DNA of 64,000 nucleotides from the NCBI GenBank assembly GCA_964016885.1, contig OZ024740.1:204662001-204726000 (forward strand), given 5' to 3'. Shown here piece after piece: positions 27,894-40,125 of the stretch (position 1 is its first letter; the number at the start of each line of letters is the position of its first letter). The DNA is from Eledone cirrhosa. Taxonomy: Eukaryota. The notes beneath the pieces are model-generated. The model saw only the letters and a program-made list of their open reading frames with translations, did not search any database and had not been told where the DNA came from. A program made the translations under genes and the position numbers.

Positions 27894-28098
27894 GTCATTT
27901 TAACCATCAAAAACCACACAATAACTGTTAAATTTGATTTACATTTATTATATATTTCTTGGTGTCAACATTTTCATTGCATTTTTTGCAGTGGGACTAT
28001 GTCAGTGTCATGGTCGCAAACAGTGCATTAAAAATGTTGACATCAGGAATAAATGATAAATTTAACAGTTTTGTGTGATTTTGGATGGCTAAAATGAC
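27894..28098. repeat. Palindromic (fold-back) MITE-like element; partial second copy at about 28607-28740
   Basis: GTCATTTTAACCATC...GTGTCAACATTTT pairs with AAAATGTTGACATC...GATGGCTAAAATGAC. Confidence 0.8.
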
Positions 28099-30220
28099 GT
28101 AGTTGTTTTAGTTTCAACACCAGTCTCAGATCAAGTCACTTGCCAAACAAGTACAACTCCAAAAACCTGTTTGTTTTTTCATAAAATAGAAATGGGAACA
28201 TTTTACAGAATTAAAAAGGAATCTACCTTAAAATAGAATAAAAGTATTTATGTTTACTGTTCATTATGTTTACTGTTCAATAACTTGGTAATTTAACAAA
28301 TAAAGATTGATAAAATTACTACCAAACTTGAAAAAAAAAAAAAAAACAGAGTGGACAACTAAATCCTTTGAGCAAGTCTAATGAGTGAAACAAGTAAAAG
28401 AATAAAATATTTACATAAATTGAAACAGTCAGAACTGTATGGAAATGATGACGTGTAAGTTTATGATTGTACAGACTAGAAGAGATTAATATTATTTCCT
28501 ACACCTACTACCTTTTAACACCCACAGAAATCAATCCACCAATAAACTGCTCTTTAATATAATTATTTCTGAAAATGTTGCTTACATTAACAATAAATAG
28601 GTTTGGGCCATTAAAAAAACACAAAAACTGTTAAATTAGCTTTTACATTTATTATTAATTTCCAGGTGTCAGAATGTTCATCACACTGCTGCAGTAGAAC
28701 TGTCTAGTAACTGGTTGCAAACAGTGCAATAAAAACACAAAGAAAACTAACTCTTCTGATATCAGACTGCCTAAAACCGTTCCTGGTTCTACAATACAAA
28801 ACTGTTTGGTTTGTGTTCATATTCATCTTTACTTCCACCATAATTTTATGTAAGAACCTTTGTTAAGCTATGCTCTAAACACCTGCTTAATAATGAGAAA
28901 GTTATTTATATTACTAAATCCCTCAAAATCCTTATTTTCAAAGTGAACCTTTCATTACAAATATGACACCAAAATGATTAAAGTGTTTATATTGACCTCA
29001 CGATTATGAGTCCAACACTAAGCCATATGCCTTCACTCAGAAAAATATACTTTGCAACAATACAAAGCTGTGAACATTTGAAATTATCCACATCAATACA
29101 CTTCATCTAGAACATTCCAACTTTCCTCACACTTAAACTTTTTGATATTAACCTACTTGAAACTGTTCCTGGATTTATGATACTAAGCTTTTTGTTTTGA
29201 AGTATTTATATTTATTTAAAATTCTTCCAACATAATTTTATGTAAAAACCTTCAAACTATGTTCCAAACCCCAGCTTTTGTTATTAAATCCTTGAATATT
29301 TTCAAAAATGATTTGAAAATACTTTGAAATATGGCTGACATTTCATATCCTGCTTGGGTCTATGTTTATTATCATCATCATCATCGTTTAACGTCTAGCT
29401 TCCACGCTAGCATGGGTTTATATTTATTTAAAAACATTCCATCATAATTCTGTATAAGAACCTTTGTTAAGTTATGCTTTAAATACCAGCTTAATAATGA
29501 AAAAGTTAGTTAAATTACTAAACCACTCCAAATTCTTTATTTTTAAAATCATTTGAAAATTAGAAACAGGGTGTTTCATTAGAAATATGGTATCAAAACG
29601 GTTAACAAGATAGGGATGTTTGTTGAAGTGTAGAAGGCTTATGCCACATTATACAATATGATAGGAACAATTAGATATAGATCAACTCCCAAGATACAGT
29701 TCACAAAGACAAATATTTTTAAATATTTGATTACAATGGCAGACATTCTAAATATGTTATACAATAAGCCAGTGGATGTCAAACATATTTTGAGGTGGAC
29801 TGAATTGGAATCATGATTATCATCTACCATACATTCTCCCTACTAGCAAGGGTTGGACAGGTTTTCATAGACCAATTCAGTACTTAATTGAAGCTACTGA
29901 CCTCTCAAACAAGCCAGGACCTCATTTTGCTTACATATGTTCTCGCGCTCTACAAAGTGCTCTGAATATATTATTTTGGCACCAGCACTAGAGGATTATT
30001 ATATCTTTAACACTGAAGAGTCCTTCCAACACTTTATTTGGCAAAATGTTTACAATTGGATGCTCTTCTTATCACCAACCACTTTACAGAGGGTATTGGG
30101 TGTATTTTATTGTCTCACCAACACATGAGAGGGTGTAAGTCCTCTCAACCCCTTTGTTATGTCTTGTGCACTGAATTGGAAATATATATTACAGCCAAAG
30201 TGAATAATAAATGAAACTAT

Positions 30221-31538
30221 GATTATACATGGTTATGGAAACAGCCCGTTTTTCAATTACTCTAATGATTTCCATTATAATTGCTTTCATACCGTAACAA
30301 TTATGTCAATAAAAATATTTCTTTTGCTAAATCACAGCAGAGTGAGAAATACAACACAGAATAATACCTATAAATGAATTACAAAATTGAAAACAGGGAC
30401 TGAGTTAACTAAAGACTGATTAGGTAAACAATATATTAACATAGTCACAAGTATATTGAGATTCCTGGAAGGTTCAGAAGGAACCTAGATAAAATCCCAG
30501 GAATGGTTATCAATAGTTCTAAAATTAAGCCCATGAACTGCTCAGGTTCATTATTGGATATATTAGTTTCTGATCATATAATTAGAACTGGAGATATGTG
30601 TATTAAAAGAATAATAAAGGTGGCAAATTGTAGCATTTGTTCACATCTTTTTATTTATGACAATTTTTTGGACCTAGCCTGTTGTATATTGCTCTTTCTG
30701 TTCACTTTACTGAATCCAACAGGAAACCACATGATAGAATAAAATGAAATGAAGAGAAGCAGGAGGAATATGTTTATACAAGGTTATGGAAACAACCCAT
30801 TTTTCAATTACTCTAATGATTTCCATTATAATTGCTTTCATACCATCTATCTAGGGCGGGTAAAATTCCTGAGATCCATGGACGAGTTCTCTCCAGCGGT
30901 CTCTCTCCCTCATTATCTGCCATGTCCTGCGTCTCCAACAGACCAGTGTCTGTCCTTAGGGCATCAACATACGTTAACCTTGGTCTTCCTCTTCAAGTGT
31001 GTCCATGTAGGGGCTCCCACAGGAGCACTGAGTGCAATGTCAACTCTGGATGTCGGTGAGCATGTCCAGCTAACCTCAGTCTCCTCTGTGTCACTTTTGA
31101 GCTGACTTTTGGGAGGCTCCCATACAGCTCTGAGTTTTTCATCCTCAGTGTATACTGATTAATGTTCAGAGCCATCCTCAGCATTCTCGTGTAGCACCCA
31201 TCCACCATCTGAGTGAGTTTCTTGGTCAGTGTCCAAGTCTCAGACCCGTACAGCAGCACAGACTCCACTACAGCAATGAAGAGGCGGATTTTCAGGTCTT
31301 TACGAAGGTTCGACTTCCACACCGATCTCAAGCTGTGGCACGCCGCCCAGGCTTTGCTCTTCCTCTCAACCACATCATCTTCCGTATTCCCAATCTTTGC
31401 TCCCAAATACAGGAAGCCCTCAACCAATACCATAACATTATTTAATTATGTCAATAAAAATATTTCTTTTGCTAAATCACAGCAGAGTGAGAAATACAAC
31501 ACAGAATAATACCTATAAATGAATTACAAAATTGAAAA
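30221..31538. repeat. Local direct duplication of about 170 bp (30221-30394 versus 30772-30846 plus 31434-31538)
   Basis: Near-identical GGTTATGGAAACA...CATACC and TTATGTCAATAAAAATATTTC...AAATTGAAAAC in both copies. Confidence 0.93.
30847..31426 (-). mobile_element. 5'-truncated RTE-clade LINE (RT C-terminus) with 7-bp TSD ATACCAT
   Basis: ORF 30993-31433(-) has FLYLG, LLYGSETW and RRLRLAGH, then a premature TGA before RGRPRLTYVD. TSDs at 30840-30846 and 31427-31433; short TAGA tail. Confidence 0.9.
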
Positions 31539-31925
31539 CGAGTGAAAGAATATGGAAAATTAAGGAATTTAGGAAGCCATTTTTGTTAGCCAATTAAAAC
31601 CAGAAATAAATAAAAGGTCAGAAAAGCTTAAGGCGGAATGGTTACTATAACAACCCCGTGCATGTGCATAGATTTGTCCAACACTTAAGACCAGTTAGGG
31701 AAGAAAAGTAACCATTCATTTGTTTTGTCTTGGACTGTTTCAGCTTCACATCTGAAAAGAGGGTAATAGCCTTGAAATACCATGCCAAAATACACTGGGT
31801 AAAACATTGTTTTGTTTTGTTTCTACCATCATTTGCCCTTCATATTTTCTACCACATCGTACTGGCTTTTAAAAAAACTTAGTCATTTACTACATATCTC
31901 ACAATGCTTCATATTATTAATGACA

Positions 31926-31932
<7 letters not shown>

Positions 31933-31977
<45 letters not shown>
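31933..31977. repeat. (TG)n microsatellite
   Basis: Direct reading. Confidence 0.97.
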
Positions 31978-31981
<4 letters not shown>

Positions 31982-32029
31982 ATTTGGTTTCAAATTGTAA
32001 CAAAGCCTTAATTATGGATTCCTTCAATC

Positions 32030-34360
32030 TTATCTTCAAGTGTTAATCTCAGCATGTCATCTGTTGAGTAGATTCCTAGTAGATATAATCAACCCATTAA
32101 CGGGTACATCTTCATTCTATGTAATGAATTCTGCCCCCTTTTGTGGGCAAAATTAAACAAGTCCTCATCCATTCCACCTGGTTGGAAGATTTGGATGATA
32201 TTCTATCGATGGTTCAAGACAAACTGAAATGGATATATATCAAATCAAAAGGCCTTAAAATTAACCTGGCTAAGACTAAAGTTCTAGTTTGTAGGAAAGA
32301 AAATAAGGCGCCGGTCCCCTCCGGGAAATGGCCATGCTCAGTGTGTAGGAAAGGCGTAGGTAGAAACTCCATTTTATGTCCCAAATGCAAAGTATGGGTG
32401 CATAAAAGATGTAGTGGGATCACAGGTAAGCTAACTAAGAACACAGATTTTACATGTGGCCGGTGCTCTGGTGCAATAAGTAGCAGCAAGTGCCCAAAAA
32501 ATACTAACTCTTTCAATTGCGCAGAGGGTTCTATAGAAATAGTGGACAGCTTCCGTTACCTGGGTGACAAAATCAGCAGTGGGGGAGGGTGCTCTGAAAG
32601 TACAGTAGCTAGAGTCAGAACTGGATGGAAAAAGTTCAGAGAGCTTATACCACTATTAGCTGCTAAAGGGTTCTCCCTAAAAATGAAAGGCAGGTTGTAT
32701 GATGCCTGCTTACGAACAGCAATGTTGCATGGCAGTGAGACCTGGGCATTGTGTGCAGAGGATATACGCAGACTAGAGAGGAACGAAGCTTGCATGCTCC
32801 GCTGGATGTGTAATAGTAATATACGTGAACGGCAAAGCATAAACGAACTAAGGAAAAAATTAAAAATAAGAGGGATCAGATGTTGTTTACTCGAGAGAAG
32901 GCTACGTTGGTATGGTCACGTGATGCGCATGAAAGACGACAGCTGTATAACAAAGTGCAGGGCAATAAAGATAGATGGTAGCCACGGAGTAGGCAGACCC
33001 AGGAAAACCTGGGACGAGCTGATAAATTCCGACCTCACACACTTACACCTCTCCAAGACAATGTCACTGGACCGAGACCTTTGGCGGTACTCAGTAACAG
33101 AGAAGACCCGCCTTACCTAAATACAAAGTAAAACCTACTAGTCAGTAGGCATCTCTAACAAAATACACCCCCGTCCCACCCCATCCACACCGCCCCCTTC
33201 AATGCAAAGTTATGTTGCTGCCACAACAGCCAGGCCGAAACAAACGAGATCGTGTAGGTGTCACGACAAAAAAAACACACAGTCCACGCTGTAATGTGAC
33301 CATGTAGGCAACACGGTAAAAACCTCCCAGTCCCACACTGTAAATGTGGTTGGTGTTAAGAAGGGCATCCAGCTGTAGAAAACACGCCAGACAGTCCACG
33401 CTGTAATGTGGCCATGTAGGCAACACGGTAAAAACCTCCCAGCCCCACACTGTAAATGTGGTTGGTGTTAGGAAGGGCATCCAGCTGTAGAAAACCCGCC
33501 AGACAGTCCTATGCGAGCAAGACAACCACTCTTGCCTCAAGTGGGAAAACCCCCGTCCAAACCCATGCAAGCGTGGAACAGGGACGTTAAACGATGATGA
33601 TGATGATGATGATAGATGTATTGGCAGTAAGACAGCTTAGTTACAGGTTCACCGTTACCTTCAGTGATGGCAAACATATATATGGAATAATTTGAAGAAA
33701 TGTCTTTAGGAAGACACCAATCATCTAGCTAATTAATATATGTAGATGACACTTTCATACTCTGATCTTACCAGGAAGAAACTCAAGTACCAAGTTCCAA
33801 TATAATTCATAGAAAAGGACAAGAAACTGGCCTTCCTGAATGTACTAATAGTTCACAGTGTGGATTCACAACATCCATAATCACAAATCTAGTTTCCAGA
33901 CAATATGTGAACTTTGATCACCACCATCCATACAACATGAAGAATGAGAACATCCACAACACTACAAAAAAATTTATTAGTGACCCTGACACATTCTAAC
34001 ATGAGATGATCAAGATTAGAAAGACCTTTCAGAGTAACAACTATCCTGCAAGCATAGCTTAGGCTTCTAAGAATAGAGATATAAGAGCCAAGAATATCAG
34101 TAAAAAACTGCCATGATCTGTCTACTTTACATTAGAGACCTGCTAGAAAGATTTCCAAGGATCTGTGGAGCATACAAAAACAGGATAGTATTTATAACCA
34201 AGTCAACCCATTAGGGATATCTCTCTCTTGAACAAAACCTCCATCAAAAGAGATTATGAATAAGAACTGTGTGCATGTCATGTAATTGTGACAGTGAATA
34301 TAAAGGTGAAACAAGCTGCATCTAAACACATGACTAGAAGAACATAGTACCACCAAAAAG
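32030..34360 (+). mobile_element. Decayed Penelope-like element (RT plus GIY-YIG) split by an RTE insertion
   Basis: Manual translation gives NPLTGTSSFYVMNS before the insertion. After it come GSPLPSVMANIYME, YVDDTF, LAFLNV, YVNFDHHHP, NNYP and YKGET...LEEH, the PLE motifs in the expected order, with stops and frameshifts. Confidence 0.8.
32241..33613 (+). mobile_element. 5'-truncated RTE LINE, open RT C-terminus to 33120, 3' UTR with a 112-bp tandem duplication and (GAT)n tail
   Basis: GLKINLAKTKVL, FRYLG, MLHGSETW, RRLRWYGHVMR and GRPRKTW. Tail GACGTTAAAC(GAT)n. Confidence 0.93.
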
Positions 34361-34639
34361 TGTGGAGAAGAGGAGAGACCAGGTGTGGCTAACACTGGGG
34401 GAGGGAAGAGAGTTGGTATGGTTGACACCATGGGGAGAGGAGAGGAGAGGGAGAGTCTAAGTGTGTTTCACACTGTAGAAGGAAAGGAAAGATCAGGTGT
34501 AGTTAGTGTGGGAAGGGAAAGACTGATGATGCAACAGCTGAGACATTAAGATAACTATTGTATCATGGTAAAGCTCTGAACATATTCAAATGATAATTTT
34601 GTTTCCTTCATATAAAATCAAAATGAAAAAAAAATGTAA

Positions 34640-35130
34640 GTAATAATGGTTTCTGATTTTGGCACAAAGCCATTTCGGGGGAGCAGAAAGTTGATTAAAT
34701 CAACCTCAGTGCATTACTGATACTTTATTGACATTGTAAGGATGAAAGGCAAAGCTAACCATGGCAGGATTTGAACTCAGGACATAAAAGGCTGTAACTA
34801 TTCTGCAAAGCATATTGTCTGGCGTTCTTCTGATACTGACAATCTACCACACTTATATGATAATGATAATTGTTTCTACTTTAGGCACAAGGCCAACAAT
34901 TACCCAGTGCATTACTGGTACTTTATTTTATCGACCCCAGAAGGATGAAAGGCAAAGTTAACCTCAGCGGGATTTGAACTCAGAATGTTAAGGGCCGTAA
35001 CTCTATACGTCAAAGCATCGCGTCCGACCCTCTACCGATATGGTTTCTGGGTCTAGGCCAAAAATTTGGGGGTTGGGATTTAATTACATCAAGCCCCAGT
35101 ACATGACTAGCACTTTATTTTATCAACCCC
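34640..35130 (-). mobile_element. Cluster of three family-1 tRNA-derived SINEs (about 34640-34855, 34866-35040 and partial 35041-35130)
   Basis: GGATGAAAGGCAAAG and GGATTTGAACTC (reverse B-box) in the first two copies; 3' part only in the third. Confidence 0.85.
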
Positions 35131-36518
35131 AGGTAGATATCACCAGCATCATAATTTTTACATCTGCTTCTTCATGCTTGCATGGGTTGGACGGGTCCTT
35201 TCCAGGAAGGCCTCCTTCCACTCGTAGCGTTCGTTCGCCATCTCTATTGTAGGGTTCGGCGTTCTAAGATCAGTTCTAACTATCTCTACCCAGGTTTTCC
35301 TCCGTCTTCCCTGAGAACTCCTGACATTCATCATCCATATATATCACATGTCTATACTAATACAAAAATTACAAAAAGGGATTTAAATAAAATCTTAAAT
35401 TTTATTTCAAATTATTAAAGTGAGAGTTTACGTAAATGTAAAATTACGGCTGCTTTTAAAATTACAAAACAGATTCCATCAAATTAATAAAACATTTCAA
35501 AATCTAAATGTTGATTTATACCATTTTGATACCAACCTACCTGAAACCGCCCTTAGTTCCTATGATACAAAACTGTTTGTTTTGAAGTGTTCCTACTTTA
35601 AATCGTTCCCCAGTAAGAACCTCCTATATTAAATAATATTCCGAACATAAACTTAATAATGAAAAAGTTAAGCTATGGTACTAAATTCATCATTATTTTC
35701 AAAATTAATTAAAATACAATGACTGTATCATGAGAAATATAATAACAAAAGGGTTAAACCCATACTAAAAATGACGACTTGAGATTTTTTTTATTGAGAA
35801 AGGATTCCTTCCTTCCACTAAAACAAAACCAGATGTCACAAGTTATACCATATGTTATGAACAAGGTGGGTGGATTGAATGATAACATATACGGGTAGGT
35901 GGAATTTAATAGAATAAAATAAGATAAAACCGATCGTTGTCTTACTTTCTAATTTTTTAAACTAAAATATATTGTTGAAGTCTTTTCGGAAAATTGAAGA
36001 CTACATATAACGAATTGTAACAAAATTTGTTCTGAAGATATTTCTTACAACGTAATTAAACACATTTGTGAAATATTTTGAAAATATTCGTTTCTCTTGG
36101 GGAAAAACGCAAAATATCATAGATAGGTCGTTGTTTCTTTTTTTTTTTTTTTCATCTAAACCGATCACCACTAACAAACGTTGTAAACATAAGAGCAGTG
36201 TTGATGTAATAAATAAAATATATTTATGTGGTCAAGAATAACTTAGCCCCAGATTATATCTCTGAATTGTGATAATTTCTCAAATATGAAATAAAATTTG
36301 AGATGTAATTTTTTTTTTTTTAAATATATGTATATCCTTTATATTTACAATCTACATGACCTGGTAGGCGTGATGCGATAAACAGAAAAACACAGCAAAT
36401 TCCGTTGGAGTGCTGTATATAACAGTATCAGAAATATATATATATATTACTTCATTTATAAAAAAAATAAAAGAAGACCACCATAAAATAACGATTTAAA
36501 AAGGTGTTAGAAACTAAC

Positions 36519-36670
36519 CTTTGAAACAATCAGCTCCGATGTTTCACGATAAATGACAAACTGCCGCGTGGAAGTTCTTTGATGTTACCTCAATACAACC
36601 GGAATCAGGACACTACGCCTTTTCTGATTGGCTGACATCATTCCCAGCTGATGAACTCTATAAAAATAAT
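36519..36670. promoter_or_regulatory. Candidate Pol II promoter (ETS-like, CCAAT, CRE-like and TATA motifs)
   Basis: ACCGGAAT at 36598, CTGATTGGCTG at 36624, TGACATCA at 36633 and TATAAAAA at 36659, in non-repeat DNA with local CpGs. Minus-strand donor AG|GTTAGT at 36519/36518. Confidence 0.4.
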
Positions 36671-36978
36671 ATACCTAGATATTTACACTGAATTATTTTA
36701 TTTCCCCCACCACTATCCCGATTAATTACAAACGGAGAGAGGTAAAATATATATGTGTATATATATCTCTTTCCTTTTTGTTCCGTTATGTGTATATATA
36801 TCTAAACTTATATATAATTGAAAATGAACGAACAAAACGCAGGAGGCAATTGTACACAGTTATATTTGGTTCACGCTTGGTGGAAGCGTATATATAATAT
36901 GTATATATATATATATAAAGTAAGAAAACGTAAATACGCTCCAATATATAGTATTATATATATGATGTAATATATATA

Positions 36979-38223
36979 CAGGAGAAGTTCATAGTCAAGA
37001 ATAAGCTGGTATATTCAGCTTTAGTTGATCTAGAAAAGGTCTTTGCTAGATTACCTTATCTGGTAGTCATTCAGAAAATTAGGTATAGAAGAATGGTGTC
37101 TGAGAGCAATGCAAGCCATGTACAGAGGAGTGTAAGAATTAGAATTGAGTTAAGTGAGGAATTCAAGGTACACGTAAGAGTTCACCAGGGTTCCGTTCTC
37201 AGCCATTTGCTATTCATTATAGTTCTCCAGGCCATAAGAGAGGAGTTTAAGACTGGCTGTCCATGGGAACTTCTCTGCGCAGATGATATGGTCCTTATAA
37301 CTGAATCAATAAAAGAACTAGAGAATATGTTCTGAGTATGGAGTCAGACTGAGTGTAAACTTAGAAAAAACTAAAGTGTTGGTAATCAGAAAAGACGGCA
37401 GGACCCTGATCCCATCAGGGCAGTGGCCCTGCTTGATATGCAGAAAAGGAGTAGGCAGAAACTCCAAACAATATACACAATACAAATTTTGGGTACACGA
37501 GAGGTGTAGTGGGATAATGGGTAGACTAACAGGAAAGGAAGTCTTTGTATGTACTAGATGCACAGGAGTAATTGATGGGAAGAGTGTTAGTGATATAAAC
37601 CATTTCCAATCACTTGAAGGGTTCATAGTTGATAGCTTCTGCTACCTAGGTGACCTAATTAGCAGTGGAAGAGAGTGCTCCAAGAGCATAATAACTAAAA
37701 TAAGGATAGGATGGAAGAAATTTAGAGAGCTACTCCCACATACAAAAGGATGGTTGTATGATACCTGTGTGAAGTGTAATACTGCACAGTAGCAAAACAT
37801 GGGCAGTGGCTGCAGAGGATATGTGTAGGTTGGAGAGAAATGAAGCTAGCATGCTACAATGGATGTGCAATGTTAATGCGAGAGAAAGGCAGAGCTTGGA
37901 TGAATGGAGGGAGAAACTGGGTTTAAGGGTAATCAGAAGTAGTGTGCAACAAAGAACACTACATTGGTGCAGACATGTGATGTGCATGGATGATGATATA
38001 TGGGTGAATAAGTGCCAAGATATTCCAGTGGAAGGAAGCTGCAGTAGAAGTAGACCAAAGAAGACCTAAGTGGAGGTGGGAAGAGCTGATCTCAAATCAC
38101 TGGGACTCACAGTGGAGATGACGAAGGAACGTGACGTGTGGAGAGACGCTATGTTGAAAATGACCCATCCAACCAATGAAAGCATGAAAAAATGGATACA
38201 AAAATGACTATGATCATAATGAT
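36979..38223 (+). mobile_element. Decayed RTE LINE (RT core to 3' tail)
   Basis: VDLEK, HQGSVLS, CADD, FCYLG and RPKKT across three frames; degenerate (GAT)n tail. Confidence 0.92.
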
Positions 38224-38230
38224 ATATATA

Positions 38231-39540
38231 CATCATGATCCCTCATCACCATTTAATGTCCATTTTTCCACACTAGTATGGGTTAGACAAGTTGTCCTAT
38301 TGTGAGAAATGTCAAGTCAGGGGACCATGTCTTGTTCACATAGAACTGATTTTTGCTTGGTTTCTACAGCTGGATGCCCTTCCTAATGCCAACCACATTT
38401 ACAGTGTGTGCTGGGTGCTTTTTGTCATGATACCTACATGACCACTTTAGAGTATGGGCTAGGTGCTTTTTGTTGTGGCACCTACATGACCACTTTACAG
38501 TGTGGGCTGGGTGCTTTTTGTCATGACACCTACACAACACGTTTACAGTATGGGTTGGGTGCTTTTTGTTGAGTTGCCATCATGACCATTTTTGCAATGT
38601 GGGCTGCAGGCTTCACTAGATGTATGCTTCAGCCTGTCCCCATAGGAAATATATGGAAGAGTGGGGTGTTGCATATTGTATGTATGCTTCAGCTTCAGCC
38701 TCAGTCCCTGCATATGGAAAGGTGGGTCTTCTGCATTATTGCATAATGCCAGAGATCTCGGTCCTGTGCCATCGTCTTTGAGAGGTGCAATTGAGCAAGG
38801 TCTGCTTTTATCACCTCATCCTAAATCTTCCTGGGTCTCCCCACTCTATGGCTTCCATCAGCTGTGAGCACTTGGCACCTTTTTATACAGCTGCCAGCCT
38901 TCATATGCATCACATGTCCCTACCAACACAATCTCCTCTCCTGCACACTGATTCTGATTCCTCTTATGTCTAGTTTCTCTCATAGTTCATTTATGCTTTG
39001 CCTTCACATCCATCAGAGCATGCAAGCTTCATTTCTTTCCAATCTTTGCAAGTCTTCAGCACACAGCACCCAGGTCTCACTACCATGCAACATTGTTGTT
39101 TATATGCACGCATCATAAAGTCTGCTTTCATTTTGAGGCAAAAGCCTTTTATAGCTAGCAGTGAACTTCTTCCATGCCATTCTCACTCTGACTACTATAC
39201 TTTCAGAAACCCACCTCTGCTGCTAATTTGGTCACCCATGTAGCAAAAGCTGTCTACTGCTTCTACTGAACCTTCCCAGAATTTGAATGTGCTTGTTTCC
39301 TGTGGTCGTTTTCTGCTTACTGCTCCACTGCAACAGCTACATGTAAAACCTATATTCTAGCTAAATTACCTGAGATTCCACTACATCTCTTGTGTACCCA
39401 TAGTTTGCATTTGGGACACTCTGAGCAAGGCTATTTCCCTGAAGGGATCAGGGCTCTGTTTTCACTTCTACTTTCTGGGACCTTAGTCTTTATCAGGTTG
39501 ACTTTAAGACCCTTTGTTTCTAGGCCATACTTTCAAGTTT
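38231..39540 (-). mobile_element. Decayed RTE LINE, tail-to-tail with the previous copy; roughly 48-bp tandem repeats in its 3' UTR (about 38390-38610)
   Basis: Reverse-complement similarity to the 32241-33613 element, for example CAGGTCTCACTACCATGCAACAT and TGTGTACCCATAGTTTGCATTTGGGACA. Confidence 0.9.
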
Positions 39541-39554
39541 GTAATGTAGTTACC

Positions 39555-39733
39555 AACCAAATTTAAAAGTTTAAGACATTTAATTACTGACAATTGTTTC
39601 TTCCTATAAGAATGTACATTGTTTCACCATATCATTTTATTCAATAATCTGCTGTTAGTACTGACTAACAGCAGATTGTTATAGGAAAAAACAATTCTCA
39701 GTAATTAAATGTCTTAAACTTTTAAATTTGGTT
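39555..39733. repeat. Fold-back element with a nested hairpin (39643-39680)
   Basis: AACCAAATTTAAAAGTTTAAGACATTTAATTACTGA pairs with TCAGTAATTAAATGTCTTAAACTTTTAAATTTGGTT. Confidence 0.9.
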
Positions 39734-39884
39734 AGTCACTTCACTACAATTATACATTAGCTCTGCTTGGTTCTATTATCATAACATTGAGCTTGGTAAA
39801 TGATTAAAATAACATACACTTGGTAAATGATTAAAACCTTTTTTTTTTACTCTCATAAGTATTATCATTTATATATATATATAT

Positions 39885-40125
39885 CATGGAAAAATGGACG
39901 TTAAATGGTGATGATGATGATGATCATCATCATTGTTTAATGTCCATCTTCCACGCTACCATGGGTTAGGCGGGTTTGTTCGATTTAGAGGCAAGTTGGG
40001 TCGGGTGACCATCTCTCACTCATATAGGACAGTTTCTAGCTGGTTTTCTACGGCTGGATGCCCTTCCTAGCGCCAACCACATTTACAGTTAGTGCTGGGT
40101 GCTTTTTTTTCTGTGGCGCCTACAC
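39885..40125. mobile_element. Two RTE 3' ends joined tail-to-tail inside a (TA)n tract
   Basis: CATGGAAAAATGGACGTTAAATGGT(GAT)n directly followed by (CAT)nTGTTTAATGTCCATC. Confidence 0.85.

Noticed and set aside
29639-30742. ORFs 29639-29830 and 30503-30742 as host exons
   Set aside because: No recognisable domain or convincing splice-site pair.
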